Source of the DNA: Acidobacteriota bacterium
GTDB taxonomy: Bacteria > Acidobacteriota > UBA6911 > RPQK01 > JAJDTT01
Assembly: GCA_965209055.1 (NCBI GenBank)
Contig: OZ242374.1
Coordinates: forward strand, 4,096,001-4,160,000
Direction of reading: 5' to 3'
Length of the DNA: 64,000 nucleotides
Shown here: positions 9,407 to 17,718 of the stretch, piece by piece
Layout: every line of letters begins with the position of its first letter
Numbering within the stretch: the first letter of the stretch is position 1
Made by a program: the position numbers and the translations under genes
The notes under the pieces: model-generated
Databases searched by the model: none
What the model saw: only the letters and a program-made list of their open reading frames with translations
Told to the model about the DNA's origin: nothing

Positions 9407-10492
9407 CTACCGAATCCCGGGGGTTGACCGAGGGACGGTCTCGGACCCGGTGTCCGGACGTGCGCCATCGGGCGCGGGACCACCCCCAGAGGCTTCGCCG
9501 GTTCGTTCCGATACGGCCGCCGTATCGGAAAACCCCTGTTGCAGACCGCGGTCCAGGACGGGCAAGCCGATCGCCAGCGCGACGCTGACCGCCAACCCGA
9601 TCGCCGCCTTCCCCACGTCCTTGCCGGCGAGAAGGATCGACGCCGAAATCGTGCGGTGCCGGAGCCGGAAGGCCAACGCCAGCTCGCGGCCCGCCAGCAA
9701 TCCCAGGAAGACCCAGGTCGTGCTCATGGGCATATTGGACATCTCCTTGAAATACATCAGGATGGACGCATAGATGAAGTCGATGAGGGTCGCCGTGCGG
9801 ATGTCGGTGGTATTGGTCTTGGAGGTGACGATGCCCTGAATCCGGCCCCCCCGGTTCTTGAAGATGACGGCGCTCAGCACCAGCATCACGACGGCGGCAA
9901 AAATGAGCACGTCGAGTTCCGCGGTGCGCGGCAGGTAGACGAAGATGTTGGCCAGGTCCTGGATCAGCCACTGGCTCCACAGAAAGGCGGTTGCGAGCCA
10001 CTGTAGAGCGATGGCGTAGGGTCGGGGCGGCCGGTTCTTCGTCGCCATGAAGCGGGATTCGAGGAGGTTGGCGACGATCAGGTAAACGACGAAACCGGCG
10101 CCGATGGCGACGCCGTAGCCCAGCAGCGACTTGGTCAGGATCTTCAGCAGATTCGTGGGAGCGAAGACCGTCAACACCAGGAACGTGGTGCTGACCGGCA
10201 CGCCGTACCGGGTCAACAACAGGATGAACACGGGAGGAATGGCGTGCAGCCAGGTGATGCCTCCCTTGGGCTCCGGGAACTGCTCAAGGCGCCCGTAGGC
10301 GATGTCGCCCTCGTTGGTCAGCCATCCGTACACCAGGACCGCCAGGAGGATCAGGCAGGCGTAGATCCACAACAACCACCAGGGCCGGCGGGAATTGGAG
10401 CTGAGAAACGTCCCCAGGGTCTGGATGGCGTCGTTGGCCACGATGGAGTAGGCCGCCAGGATAAACCCGACGAGCATGAACATTTCCGTCAA
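9407..10492 (-). CDS. Multi-TM membrane protein, distantly PiT (phosphate/sulfate permease)-like
   Basis: VANDAIQ (cf. GAND signature), GVPVSTT, QDLAN and PMSTT internal duplication. Confidence 0.7.
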   Translation of the reverse strand: MTEMFMLVGFILAAYSIVANDAIQTLGTFLSSNSRRPWWLLWIYACLILLAVLVYGWLTNEGDIAYGRLEQFPEPKGGITWLHAIPPVFILLLTRYGVPVSTTFLVLTVFAPTNLLKILTKSLLGYGVAIGAGFVVYLIVANLLESRFMATKNRPPRPYAIALQWLATAFLWSQWLIQDLANIFVYLPRTAELDVLIFAAVVMLVLSAVIFKNRGGRIQGIVTSKTNTTDIRTATLIDFIYASILMYFKEMSNMPMSTTWVFLGLLAGRELALAFRLRHRTISASILLAGKDVGKAAIGLAVSVALAIGLPVLDRGLQQGFSDTAAVSERTGEASGGGPAPDGARPDTGSETVPRSTPGIR

Positions 10493-10718
10493 AAGGAACG
10501 CTCCTTACGCCGCTCCCCCGTTTCTCTGTCGACGGCCATTCTGTCGTTCATCGGCGGACCCGCCCCGCAGATATTAGCGGACACTGCCCAAGGATTCACG
10601 GGAGGCGCGCCCGTGGACTCGACCTGCGGGACCCGGAATGCATCGGCGCCGGCGATGCGCCGGTTGAGATTTCGCTTTTTGGTGTGTCAGTCTGAGACCG
10701 TCTTGAAGGAGGCGGGAA

Positions 10719-11831
10719 GTGCCTGAACATGTCGTGCTCTGGGGTCCGCCGGACGTGGACGGATCCCCGGAAGGAACCGAGGACAGCCGCCTGTTGTCGG
10801 CCTGGATGAAGAAATGCGCCGATCACGGCGTCACCAAGATCATCGACGGCAGCGCCAGGGTCCTGCCGGCAGGCGAGCGGACATTGGCCCGCCCCCGGGC
10901 CGCACGGCGGGCGGGGATGAAGTTCGACACCTATGTGGACTACAACGGCTTTCCCCGGCATGGCGGCGCCCGGATGACGTACGGCTGGTCCCTGGACTTT
11001 CTGCGTCCCCCCGTGAATTCGGCTGAGGCCCGGGCGATTCTGGACCAGCACCGGCCCATTTATCACGGCCCCTACGTGACGACCGAGATGTCCGGCTTCG
11101 CCGCCCGGCATCCGGAATACCGGAGCCTGACCCGCAACCGTTCCTATGTGGTGGAGCCGGGGAAGGACGTCTACCTGAGCGCCTCGTTTCCCGAGGTGCG
11201 GGACCACCAGGCGCGCCTGTTCGTCGAAGCCCTGGAGGTGACCCGCGCCGACGGTCTTCAGGTCGAGTTCGTTCTGGGGAATGAAGACGAAAACGGCGTC
11301 GTGCCCTACGGCTACGAGGACCGGACCGTGTCCGAGTTTCGAGCCAGGTTCGGCAAGGACCCTTTCGACCTGCCCAATGACGACCCGGACTGGATGCGGT
11401 TCCGCGCCGAATACGTCACGTTGTTCCTCTCGGAGGTCCGGGCGAGGATCAAGCAGTCATCGCCCCAGGCGGTTCTTTCCACCACCATCATCGCCGGAGA
11501 GCCGGAGGACTACATCAAGGTGCTGCAGGACTGGCCGGCGTGGATCGAGCAGGGTCTGTTGGACGAGTTCTGCCTCTGGTTCCGGACCGACTCCGACCTG
11601 GAGGCGGTCCGCCGTCAGGTCCGGCACGTTGTGGACGTGGCCGCCGGCCGCGTTCCCGTGATCGCCGAGCTCTCCTGCTATCACCCGGGAAGCTTTCAGG
11701 ATCCGGAATCCATGCTGACCGCCGGCAGGATCGCCGTCGACAACGGAGCTTCCGGAGTCGGCATCTACCGCAGCCATTCCGTCCGGCAACTGGACTTCTG
11801 GCCGGTCCTGGAAGCCTTGAGCAAGCTCTGA
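10719..11831 (+). CDS. Glycoside-hydrolase-like 10 (GHL10/DUF187)-type TIM-barrel protein
   Basis: ARHPEY, PEVRD, ADGLQVE, WMRFRAEYVT and QDWPAW motifs. Confidence 0.7.
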   Translation: MPEHVVLWGPPDVDGSPEGTEDSRLLSAWMKKCADHGVTKIIDGSARVLPAGERTLARPRAARRAGMKFDTYVDYNGFPRHGGARMTYGWSLDFLRPPVNSAEARAILDQHRPIYHGPYVTTEMSGFAARHPEYRSLTRNRSYVVEPGKDVYLSASFPEVRDHQARLFVEALEVTRADGLQVEFVLGNEDENGVVPYGYEDRTVSEFRARFGKDPFDLPNDDPDWMRFRAEYVTLFLSEVRARIKQSSPQAVLSTTIIAGEPEDYIKVLQDWPAWIEQGLLDEFCLWFRTDSDLEAVRRQVRHVVDVAAGRVPVIAELSCYHPGSFQDPESMLTAGRIAVDNGASGVGIYRSHSVRQLDFWPVLEALSKL

Positions 11832-11832
11832 A

Positions 11833-13416
11833 ATGGGGCAGGAGGGACCGGTTCCCAGGCATTTCAGGCGTGCTTCGAGTCTCAAACAGCTCCGCCGGAG
11901 TCCTTTCTCCCGGGTCGCCAATCCACTGGCATTGCTCTTCCTGATGGTGGTCCCTCTCTTCGGGGAAGGGAACCGGCCCGTCGAACTGGGCGACCGGCGC
12001 GAGTTGATGCTGGACGACACTTTATTCGAAACGATTCGAGACCTGGAGTTCCGTCAGCACTCCCCCCGCGACGCCGAAAAGATCCTGGATCTGGATGCCC
12101 CGTGGGAGGGCCGGAAATACCACGGTTTCACCGTCTGCGGCTACCCAGTGGTGTTGGAGGACGGAGGCAGATTTCGCCTCTACTATGCTTCCTATCTGGG
12201 ATTGCGATTCCGGCCCAGGGACCCTGAAACCCAATTCACCTGCTACGCGGAAAGCAGCGACGGAGTGACCTGGGACCGAATCCGGCTGGGCCGTGTCGAG
12301 TTCGAGGGGTCGTCGGACAACAACATCCTGCTCCAGGGGAGGACCTCGCACAATTTCGCTCCCTTCATCGACACGAGGCCCGGCACGCCGGCGTCGGAAC
12401 GCTACAAGGCCGTCGGGGGAAATCCGGAGGCCTATGTCTTCGCTTCCGCCGATGGGCTCGAATGGCGAAAACTCAGGGAGGAACCCATTCTGGACGGAGA
12501 GGAACCGGCCTTCGACCGCCACGGAGCCATCCGTTGGGGGAACGATCCCAGCCGCAGAAGGGCGATCCTGGACTCTCTCAACGTCAGCTTCTGGGACCCG
12601 GGGAACGGGCAGTACGTCCTGTTCTTCCGGGCCTATCTGCCGTGCCTGTCCCGGGACGGAAAGCGCCGGCTTCCCGAGACCCGGTCGGTGATGCGGGCCA
12701 CTTCACGGGACTTCCTGAATTGGGGAAACATCGAGCCCATCGAGTATGGGGAACCGCGCCGGGAATGGAAGCACTCCCTCTACACCAGCGGGCTGAAACC
12801 CTACCCTCGGGCGCCGCACATCGTGCTGGGTTTTCCTCTGCGCACGGCGCCTCGCAAACCTTTCCACGGCACCTCCTACGGTCTGAGCGAGACGGCCTTC
12901 ATGTACAGCCGCGACACGCTGAATTTCGTGTTGGTCGACGAGCCCTTCCTGCGCCCGGGGCGCGACGCCAGGAACTGGAGCAAGCACGGGAACCTCATGG
13001 CCTGGGGCATGCTCCAGACGGCTCCGGACGAACTCTCCTTCTACTACCTGCAGCATGACCATCAGCCGGACACCTTCATTCGGCGGGGAGTGCTGCGGGT
13101 CGACGGCTTCCGGTCGCTGCACGCCGGGGGGTTTCCGGGCGGAACGGCCATCACTCGTCCGCTCGTTTTCCAGGGAGCCCGCTTGGAGATCAATGCCGCC
13201 ACCGGAGCGGGAGGCGGCATCCGGATCGCCATTCTGGATGCGGCCACGAAGCGGCCGGTCCCGGGGTATGAATCCAGCAAGGAGTTCTTTGGCGACGAAA
13301 TCCAGCACTTCGTCGAGTTCAGTGGGGGCAGAACGCTGGCGCCCCTGTCGGGAAAACCGGTCCGGCTCCGCTTCCAAATGGTCGACGCGGACCTCTACTC
13401 CCTGAAGTTTCATTGA
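11833..13416 (+). CDS. Exported glycosidase-like beta-propeller protein
   Basis: Signal-like N-terminus; RELMLDD, CYAESSDGVTW, SADGLEW, LRVDGF, LRFQMVDADLYSLKF; exact start uncertain. Confidence 0.75.
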   Translation: MGQEGPVPRHFRRASSLKQLRRSPFSRVANPLALLFLMVVPLFGEGNRPVELGDRRELMLDDTLFETIRDLEFRQHSPRDAEKILDLDAPWEGRKYHGFTVCGYPVVLEDGGRFRLYYASYLGLRFRPRDPETQFTCYAESSDGVTWDRIRLGRVEFEGSSDNNILLQGRTSHNFAPFIDTRPGTPASERYKAVGGNPEAYVFASADGLEWRKLREEPILDGEEPAFDRHGAIRWGNDPSRRRAILDSLNVSFWDPGNGQYVLFFRAYLPCLSRDGKRRLPETRSVMRATSRDFLNWGNIEPIEYGEPRREWKHSLYTSGLKPYPRAPHIVLGFPLRTAPRKPFHGTSYGLSETAFMYSRDTLNFVLVDEPFLRPGRDARNWSKHGNLMAWGMLQTAPDELSFYYLQHDHQPDTFIRRGVLRVDGFRSLHAGGFPGGTAITRPLVFQGARLEINAATGAGGGIRIAILDAATKRPVPGYESSKEFFGDEIQHFVEFSGGRTLAPLSGKPVRLRFQMVDADLYSLKFH

Positions 13417-13432
13417 GCCGGGAGATTCCGGC

Positions 13433-15706
13433 CTATCGCTCCAGGACCATGGCCTTCCGGGCCAGTCGAACGAACTCGCCCCGGTAGCCGTGAGGATCGT
13501 CTCCTGCGGCGTCCTGAGCCCAGCCCAGGACCTGTTGCAGATTGGCGGTTCCCCGGTGAGGCGAATCGCGAAGAATCATGCCGAAGGCGGCCACGGCGGA
13601 GGCGAACCGGAAATCGGGCGCGGCATCCGCGAAGCTGGCCGGGGACCCGCTGTGGGTGAACTCCAGCAACCGGCTCTCGTCCTGATCGGGCGGCTTGTAC
13701 CGGATCTTCAGCGTCAGCCACTCATCGGCATCGCCGGAGCGATTCGGTGAAGGGGGAGTCTGATACTTGAGGGGATCGACGCTGCCGGCCGAATACCCGG
13801 TTCCGGCGGGAACGATCTCGTAGAGGACGGTCACCTGGTGGCCGGCTCCGATCTCTCCGCCGTCCCGGGTGTCGTCGTTGAATTCCTCGTGCCGCAGCGC
13901 CCGGTTCTCGTACCCGATGAGACGGTAGGAATCGACCCGGGCCGGATTGAACTCGATCTGGATCTTGGCGTCCTTGGCCACGGTGACCAGCGTGGCGCCC
14001 AGTTCCCTGACCAGGACTTTTCGCGCCTCCTCCAGGCTGTCGAGATAGGCAAAGTTGCCGTTTCCCCGGTTGGCCAGGGATTCCAGGGCGGCGTCCTTGT
14101 AGTTGCCCGTTCCGAGACCGAGAACGGTCAGGAAGATACCGCTTCGAGCCTGATTCCGGATCAACCGGATCAGGCTTCCCTCGTCCGTCAGCCCCAGGTT
14201 GAAGTCCCCGTCCGTCGCCAGAATCACCCGGTTGGTTCCGCCGGGGATGAAATGGGCCGCGGCGGTGGCGTAAGCGTCGCGGATGCCGGCCTCTCCGTTG
14301 GTGGGACCGCCGGCCATGATGTGCTCCAGCGCCTGCAATATCTCCTCTTTCCGGTCACACGGTGTCGAGGGAAGGACCACTGCGGACTCTCCGGCGTAAG
14401 TGACGAAGGCGACCCGGTCCTTTTCGCCCAGGTTCTTGATCAGGAGCCTCATGGCCCGTTTCAAAAGCGGCAGCTTGTCGGCGGGCCGCATCGATCCGGA
14501 GACGTCCAGCAGGAACACGAGGTTTCCGGGAGGACGCTCGGCGGGATCGATGGCCTCGGACTGGATCCCGACGCGGAGCAGAAGATGCTCCTGCATCCAG
14601 GGCGCCCGGGCCAGTTCCATGAGAACCGCGACGGGGTCCTCTCCGCTGGGCGCGCCGTAGGCGTAGGAGAAATAGTTGACCATCTCCTCGATGCGCACGG
14701 CATCCCTCGGAGGCAGCGAACCCTGGCGGAGAAAGCGGCGGACGTTGGAGTAGGACGCGGTGTCCACGTCGATGCCGAAGGTGGAAAGAGGTTCCCGGAC
14801 CACCTTCCGGAACGGGTTCTCCTCCTGGTACCGGTAGGCCTCGGTGCTGGACCGGCTGGGGACCGGCGCCGGCATGGCCGGTCGCTCGTCAAGGTTGGCG
14901 CGCACCGCCACCGATGGAGCAAAGGGAACCGACGGCGGCATCCGTAGCCTTCCGCGGCGCATTTGCGATCTTTCCCGGCGAGCGTATCGTTTCCCAAAGA
15001 TTCCTTCGGGAAGCGCTCCGGGCTCGATGACCCTTCCGCCCGACTTCTTGGATATCAGTGATGCGCCGGAACCGGTACTGCCGCTCAGGTTCTCCGAAAC
15101 CACAGGCGTCTCGGAAGGAACCGGGAGCGACGACCCGGAACTGTCTCGGACGGCAGGAGGCGCCGGCGACACTGCCTTCGGTGGCTCGGCAGCAGTTTGG
15201 ACCATGTCTTGCGGGGGAGCCGCGGCATCTGGAACCCGGCTGATCTGGTCACCAGCTTGCTCCATGGTCCTTCCCGTGTCCGGAGGAGCCTCGTCCGCGA
15301 CAGCTTCCGGCCGCTGGAGACCGGCGGAGAGACGCGGCTCTTCCGCCTCCTGAAGGAAGAGGACCGCGGCGGAGACCATGACTGCGAGCGCCGCGGCCGC
15401 CGCCAGTCCGGCGGGAAACCACCAGGACCCGTTCCCGCGACGGACCCGCGGCCACAGGCCCCGGGAGCGCGGCGGTTCGCCCAGGTTGGCGAGCTGGTGG
15501 GGAGCGAGGGAGGGACATGGTTCCTGCTCCAACTCGTGTTGGATCAGTTCCGCCGTGGCTCGCAGCGATTCCACTTCCTGCCTGAGTGCGGGAGAACCTT
15601 GCAGGAGGGTTTCCACCGCTCGGATCTCCTTCGGGTCGGTCAATTCGCCGAGGGCATAAGCCATCAGCCTGGGGTCCTGGGCAGGGTCTTGGAAATCTGA
15701 CTTCAT
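13433..15706 (-). CDS. Anti-sigma-like N-terminus + TM + YfbK-type VWA/DUF3520 protein
   Basis: True start ATG 15706 overlaps the sigma stop (ATGA); LMAYALGEL anti-sigma-like domain; PLSTFGIDVDTASY; MIDAS DVSGS; LATDGDFN; YRLIGYENR. Confidence 0.9.
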   Translation of the reverse strand: MKSDFQDPAQDPRLMAYALGELTDPKEIRAVETLLQGSPALRQEVESLRATAELIQHELEQEPCPSLAPHQLANLGEPPRSRGLWPRVRRGNGSWWFPAGLAAAAALAVMVSAAVLFLQEAEEPRLSAGLQRPEAVADEAPPDTGRTMEQAGDQISRVPDAAAPPQDMVQTAAEPPKAVSPAPPAVRDSSGSSLPVPSETPVVSENLSGSTGSGASLISKKSGGRVIEPGALPEGIFGKRYARRERSQMRRGRLRMPPSVPFAPSVAVRANLDERPAMPAPVPSRSSTEAYRYQEENPFRKVVREPLSTFGIDVDTASYSNVRRFLRQGSLPPRDAVRIEEMVNYFSYAYGAPSGEDPVAVLMELARAPWMQEHLLLRVGIQSEAIDPAERPPGNLVFLLDVSGSMRPADKLPLLKRAMRLLIKNLGEKDRVAFVTYAGESAVVLPSTPCDRKEEILQALEHIMAGGPTNGEAGIRDAYATAAAHFIPGGTNRVILATDGDFNLGLTDEGSLIRLIRNQARSGIFLTVLGLGTGNYKDAALESLANRGNGNFAYLDSLEEARKVLVRELGATLVTVAKDAKIQIEFNPARVDSYRLIGYENRALRHEEFNDDTRDGGEIGAGHQVTVLYEIVPAGTGYSAGSVDPLKYQTPPSPNRSGDADEWLTLKIRYKPPDQDESRLLEFTHSGSPASFADAAPDFRFASAVAAFGMILRDSPHRGTANLQQVLGWAQDAAGDDPHGYRGEFVRLARKAMVLER

Positions 15707-16266
15707 CGGACCTTCCTCGATGCTGTAGCGGCCGGCTCGGAGCGCTTCTCCAGCTCGGCGCGCACCTTTTTCACGGCGGTATGGATGAGGTAACCGACGT
15801 TGCTCACCGAAATGCCGACGGTGGAGGCGATCTCCCGGTAGCTGAGGCCGTTCTGGAACTTCAGCCGCAACACCTCCTGCTCTCTGGGGGGCAGGCTCTC
15901 CAAGGCCAGAAGCACGCGGCTCAGGGTCTCCCGGCGCTCCAGCAACTGGGCCGGCCCGGGCGCGGTGCTGGCCGGTTCCAGGTTTCCGGTCCCCGTCATC
16001 CGGGTCATCCGGTTCTCCTTGCGTAGCAGGTCCAGAGCCCGGTTCCGGCACACCGTAAAGAGCCACTGGGCCAGGTGCCCCTCCACCTTTCCCCTTTTCT
16101 GTTTCCAGAGGCGCAAGAAAGTGTCCTGGACCACGTCCCGGGCCAGGTCCAGGTCACCGGTGAGGTGCGCGGCGTATCGGACCAGCGGGCCCTGATATGA
16201 GTCCAGAACGGATCGCATCCAATCGGCCTCCTCAAGCGTTCGAGAGTTTCTCCCCGAATCGGTCAT
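15703..16266 (-). CDS. ECF sigma-70 family sigma factor
   Basis: Region 2 ARDVVQDTFLRLW and WLFTVCRN; region 4 LPPREQEVLRL..GLSYREIA. Confidence 0.95.
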   Translation of the reverse strand: MTDSGRNSRTLEEADWMRSVLDSYQGPLVRYAAHLTGDLDLARDVVQDTFLRLWKQKRGKVEGHLAQWLFTVCRNRALDLLRKENRMTRMTGTGNLEPASTAPGPAQLLERRETLSRVLLALESLPPREQEVLRLKFQNGLSYREIASTVGISVSNVGYLIHTAVKKVRAELEKRSEPAATASRKVR

Positions 16267-16277
16267 CCTCTATCAGG

Positions 16278-16304
16278 TTAACGCTCGAGCCGGGTTTTTC
16301 TTAG
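16278..16304 (-). promoter_or_regulatory. Candidate ECF-type (autoregulatory) promoter
   Basis: Minus strand CTAAGA-N15-CGTTAA just upstream of the sigma ATG; CGT-containing -10 is typical of ECF promoters. Confidence 0.35.
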
Positions 16305-16342
16305 GAAAAGGGGGGCGAATTAAATTGCGGAGGCGGATGGGG

Positions 16343-16819
16343 TCAGTGGCCGGTCCGGCCCTGGAGGAGGTCCACGGCGTGGGGAAGCAACTTGAGGACG
16401 GCGTCCAGCGACTCGGTGGCGCCTTTGGGGCTGCCCGGGAGGCAAAGGATCAGAGTCTGGTTGCGGGCTCCGGCCAGGGACCGGGAGAGAGCGGCGAATG
16501 GGGTCTTCTTCAGCCCCTCCAGGCGCATGAGCTCCGCCAGGCCGGAGGCCTCCTTGCTCAGAAGAGGCCGCACGGCCTCCGGGGTCACGTCCCGGGGGCC
16601 GAGTCCCGTGCCACCCGTCATGACCATGAGATTGGTGTCGCCGGAGTCGCAGCAGGCGAGGACCTGTTCTTGAATGTCGGCCATCTCATCCGGGACGATG
16701 CGGTTTGCCGTCACCTTCCATCCCGCCTCCAGGAGCTGCTTCGTCAGAGCCTGTCCGGAAAGATCGGGCCTTTGGCCGTGAAAACAGCCGTCACTGACGG
16801 TCAAGACGATGGCCTTCAT
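16343..16819 (-). CDS. mogA: Molybdopterin adenylyltransferase MogA/MoaB
   Basis: [27 protein letters not shown]. Confidence 0.92.
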   Translation of the reverse strand: MKAIVLTVSDGCFHGQRPDLSGQALTKQLLEAGWKVTANRIVPDEMADIQEQVLACCDSGDTNLMVMTGGTGLGPRDVTPEAVRPLLSKEASGLAELMRLEGLKKTPFAALSRSLAGARNQTLILCLPGSPKGATESLDAVLKLLPHAVDLLQGRTGH

Positions 16820-17229
16820 GCTCCGTAACCCTCGATCCAGACCTCGCCGTCCCGGTAATGCTCCTTCTTCCAGATGGGCACCGACGTCTTCAGCGTGTCG
16901 ATGGCGAAACGGCAGGCCTCGAACGCGTCCGCGCGATGGGCCGAGGCGACGGCGATGAAGACGCTGCTCTCACCGATCTCGAGCCGTCCGGTTCGATGGA
17001 CGATGGCCAATCCGTGAAGCGGCCACCGCTTCAACGCCTGCTCGCGGATCCGGGTCATTTCGGTTTTGGCCATTTCCGGGTAGGCCTCGTAGTAGAGATG
17101 GGTGACCGACTTGCCCCGGGCGTGATCCCGGACGACGCCGTCGAAGGTGACGACGGCGCCCGCCTGGGGAGAAGCGACGCTGCGGACCACCTGCTCCCGA
17201 TCGATGGGAGTTGCGACCAGCTCGATCAC
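16816..17229 (-). CDS. moaE: Molybdopterin synthase catalytic subunit
   Basis: [31 protein letters not shown]; GTG start 17229 overlaps the moaD stop (GTGA). Confidence 0.95.
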   Translation of the reverse strand: MIELVATPIDREQVVRSVASPQAGAVVTFDGVVRDHARGKSVTHLYYEAYPEMAKTEMTRIREQALKRWPLHGLAIVHRTGRLEIGESSVFIAVASAHRADAFEACRFAIDTLKTSVPIWKKEHYRDGEVWIEGYGA

Positions 17230-17480
17230 GCGGCTCCTCCGCTGACGGGGGGAAAGAAAGCGATCTCGTCCCCGGGCGAAACCTCCTGGTCCCAGTCCGA
17301 GTACTCCTGGTTGACGGCCACCAGGAGCGCCTTCCGGTAACGCCGCAGGCCGGGGAACCGGCCTGCCAGCCGTTGGAATACCTGGCGCGCCGTGTTTCCG
17401 GGCGGGACCGAGTCGAGGAGGATCTCGGACTGGCCCACCACGTCCCGGAGAGAGGCGAAGAGGCAGATCTTGACGACCAC
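17226..17480 (-). CDS. moaD: Molybdopterin synthase sulfur carrier (ends SGGAA)
   Basis: LFASLRD, VAVNQEY, GDEIAFFPPVSGG; GTG start at 17480. Confidence 0.92.
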   Translation of the reverse strand: MVVKICLFASLRDVVGQSEILLDSVPPGNTARQVFQRLAGRFPGLRRYRKALLVAVNQEYSDWDQEVSPGDEIAFFPPVSGGAA

Positions 17481-17486
17481 GCATGA

Positions 17487-17495
17487 AGTATAGCA
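17487..17495 (-). promoter_or_regulatory. Extended -10 promoter for a leaderless moaD transcript
   Basis: TGCTATACT, 6 nt before the GTG start. Confidence 0.55.
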
Positions 17496-17544
17496 GCCGC
17501 ATCCGGAGCAGGGATTCGCTCCGGGAATCAACCGAGAAGGCTCA

Positions 17545-17599
17545 ATATTTACTATAAATAGTGAAAAATAGATCAGATATTACTATGTATAGTAAATAT
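17545..17599. promoter_or_regulatory. AT-rich double palindromic operator-like element between divergent moaD and nfeD
   Basis: TTACTATAAATAGTGA and TTACTATGTATAGTAA; outer 12-bp arms ATATTTACTATA/TATAGTAAATAT are perfect inverted repeats. Confidence 0.65.
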
Positions 17600-17718
17600 C
17601 CATCCATTTGCCCCAATATAGGGCCCCGTCGACCGCGTATTCTCGACCCCGGACCAGGTCCGGGGCCGTCCGGTTCCCTTGGCGACTTTCGTTCGGGACT
17701 GTTAAAATCACGGGCCTG

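Noticed and set aside
15707-16066. 120-aa N-terminal extension of the VWA protein in the ORF track
   Set aside because: It overlaps the ECF sigma gene in another frame; the ATGA-coupled start at 15706 with an SD-like GAGGAAGG is more plausible.
17230-17502. In-frame MoaD-MoaE fusion suggested by the 228-aa ORF
   Set aside because: The upstream part of that ORF is the wrong frame of moaD; moaD and moaE are in different frames with a GTGA overlap.
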